A stretch of 60,158 nt of DNA from Eubacteriales bacterium (lineage in GTDB: Bacteria > Bacillota > Clostridia > Oscillospirales > CAG-382), in NCBI GenBank assembly GCA_045587745.1, contig JAZNCU010000027.1, positions 1 to 60,158 on the forward strand. Reading direction: 5' to 3'. The translations under genes were made by a program, and so were the position numbers. The notes under the pieces are model-generated. The model worked only from the letters and a program-made list of their open reading frames with translations. It had not been told where the DNA came from and ran no database searches. Positions 58,895 to 60,158 of this stretch are shown one piece after another; position 1 is the stretch's first letter; the number at the start of each line of letters is the position of its first letter.

Positions 58895-58912
58895 TATCCT
58901 TTTTACAGTATT

Positions 58913-60158
58913 TTAGGAGCCGAGGTATTTTTTGATGTTGGAAACGTTAACGATCTTCTCGCTCTCGCCGCCCTTGGATACAATAAGCGTTGGAGCCTGC
59001 TTGAGACCAAAGGATTTTGCCAGCTCGGGCTCATCCTCGGCATATACCTTGCGGTAGCTCACTCCTGCCTTGTCGAGCAGGGAAGCGGCAACACGGCAGT
59101 TGGGGCAGGTTTTGGTTGCAAAGAGAATTGCGGTATCGCCTATATCCTCGCAGCCGCAAGCACCGTCAGCGGTCGAAGCAACTTTTGTATGGGGCTCGTT
59201 CTTGTTGATAACGTCGTAAACAACACGGTCCTTGTACTCCTGGGATTTACCTACGTTCCAGTTTTGAACGGGACGGTAGTAGCCGGTGATACGGCTGTAA
59301 ACCTCAGCACGCTCGCCGCACTCGGGGCATTCAAAATGCTCGCCTGCGAGGTAGCCGTGAGTTTTACATACCGAGTAGGTGGGGGAGAGGGAGTAGTAGG
59401 GGAGCCTGTGATTCTCGGCTATCTTGCGAACGAGATTTGCGGCAGCCTTCCAATCGGGGAGCTTCTCGCCCAGGAATGCGTGGAATACCGTTCCCGAGGT
59501 GTAGAGTGTCTGGATCTCGTCCTGAATGGCAAGAGCCTCGAATATATCATCGGTGTAGCCGACGGGAAGGTTGGAGCTGTTGGTATAATAGGGAGTGCCT
59601 TCCTCGTTTGCGGTAATCATAGAGGGATAGCGGGACAGGTCGTGCTTTGCAAGCCTGTAAGCGGTGGACTCGGCAGGAGTTGCCTCAAGATTGTAAAGAT
59701 CGCCGTAAAGCTCCTGATAGTCCGAAAGACGCTCTCTCATATGATTAAGCACACGCTTTGTGAACTCCTGAGTCTCGGTGTGAGTCATATCCTTGCGGAG
59801 CCATTTTGCGTTAAGGCCTGCCTCGTTCATACCAACGAGACCGATGGTGGAGAAGTGGTTTTCAAACGTGCCGAGATAACGCTTGGTGTAGGGATAAAGT
59901 CCCTCGTCGAGCAGACGGGTGATGATGGTTCTCTTGATCTTGAGCGAGCGTGCAGAAACGTCCATCATATGGTCAAGACGGGAGAAGAACTCGGATTCGT
60001 TTGCCGAAAGATAAGCGATTCGGGGCATATTGATGGTAACAACGCCTACGCTGCCCGTGCTCTCGCCGCTTCCAAAGAAGCCGCCCGATTTTTTGCGAAG
60101 CTCACGGAGGTCAAGACGGAGACGGCAGCACATCGAGCGGACGTCGCTGGGCTCCATA
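58913..60158 (-). CDS. nrdD: Class III anaerobic ribonucleoside-triphosphate reductase (5' part outside the window) fused to a C-terminal glutaredoxin/NrdH-like domain
   Basis: SMCCRL finger loop, YNLEATPAE, CKTH...CPEC zinc site and YSRITGYY glycyl-radical motif, then TKTCPNC...QAPTL thioredoxin fold. Confidence 0.92.
   Translation of the reverse strand, partial: MEPSDVRSMCCRLRLDLRELRKKSGGFFGSGESTGSVGVVTINMPRIAYLSANESEFFSRLDHMMDVSARSLKIKRTIITRLLDEGLYPYTKRYLGTFENHFSTIGLVGMNEAGLNAKWLRKDMTHTETQEFTKRVLNHMRERLSDYQELYGDLYNLEATPAESTAYRLAKHDLSRYPSMITANEEGTPYYTNSSNLPVGYTDDIFEALAIQDEIQTLYTSGTVFHAFLGEKLPDWKAAANLVRKIAENHRLPYYSLSPTYSVCKTHGYLAGEHFECPECGERAEVYSRITGYYRPVQNWNVGKSQEYKDRVVYDVINKNEPHTKVASTADGACGCEDIGDTAILFATKTCPNCRVAASLLDKAGVSYRKVYAEDEPELAKSFGLKQAPTLIVSKGGESEKIVNVSNIKKYLGS

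Overview
A gene-dense, mostly core-genome segment from a spore-forming anaerobic Clostridia bacterium, probably a Ruminococcaceae/Oscillospirales-like gut or rumen lineage (inferred from gene content and synteny). It holds about 57 CDS in the standard code. Housekeeping genes include hisS, aspS, rplS, lepB, rbgA, rnhB, rnj, murA, miaB, mutS, mutL, tgt, polA, scpAB, gpmI, nusB, xseA, hslO and dut. Sporulation genes are scattered singly: spoIIID, pdaA, ytfI with two ytfJ copies, and an uninterrupted sigK. Also present are a TPP riboswitch with thiT, an L19 leader, many near-consensus sigma-A promoters and intrinsic terminators. I saw no tRNA, rRNA, CRISPR array, integrase or transposase. The best candidate for a novel system is at the right edge: a redoxin-type class III ribonucleotide reductase with a CxC linker and a fused C-terminal glutaredoxin/NrdH-like domain, followed by a thioredoxin reductase lacking the NADPH-specific HRR motif. 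Other leads are (i) sporulation genes apparently insulated by antisense or hairpin architecture (a sigma-A promoter firing through pdaA; a sigK RBS buried in the upstream terminator), (ii) an apparently catalytically dead MgsA coupled to a divergent MinD, (iii) a GldAFG-like ABC system whose DUF4340-type partner has an inserted discoidin-like domain, and (iv) a cohesin-cohesin-dockerin protein. All calls come from reading motifs by eye; no database searches or folding calculations were run.
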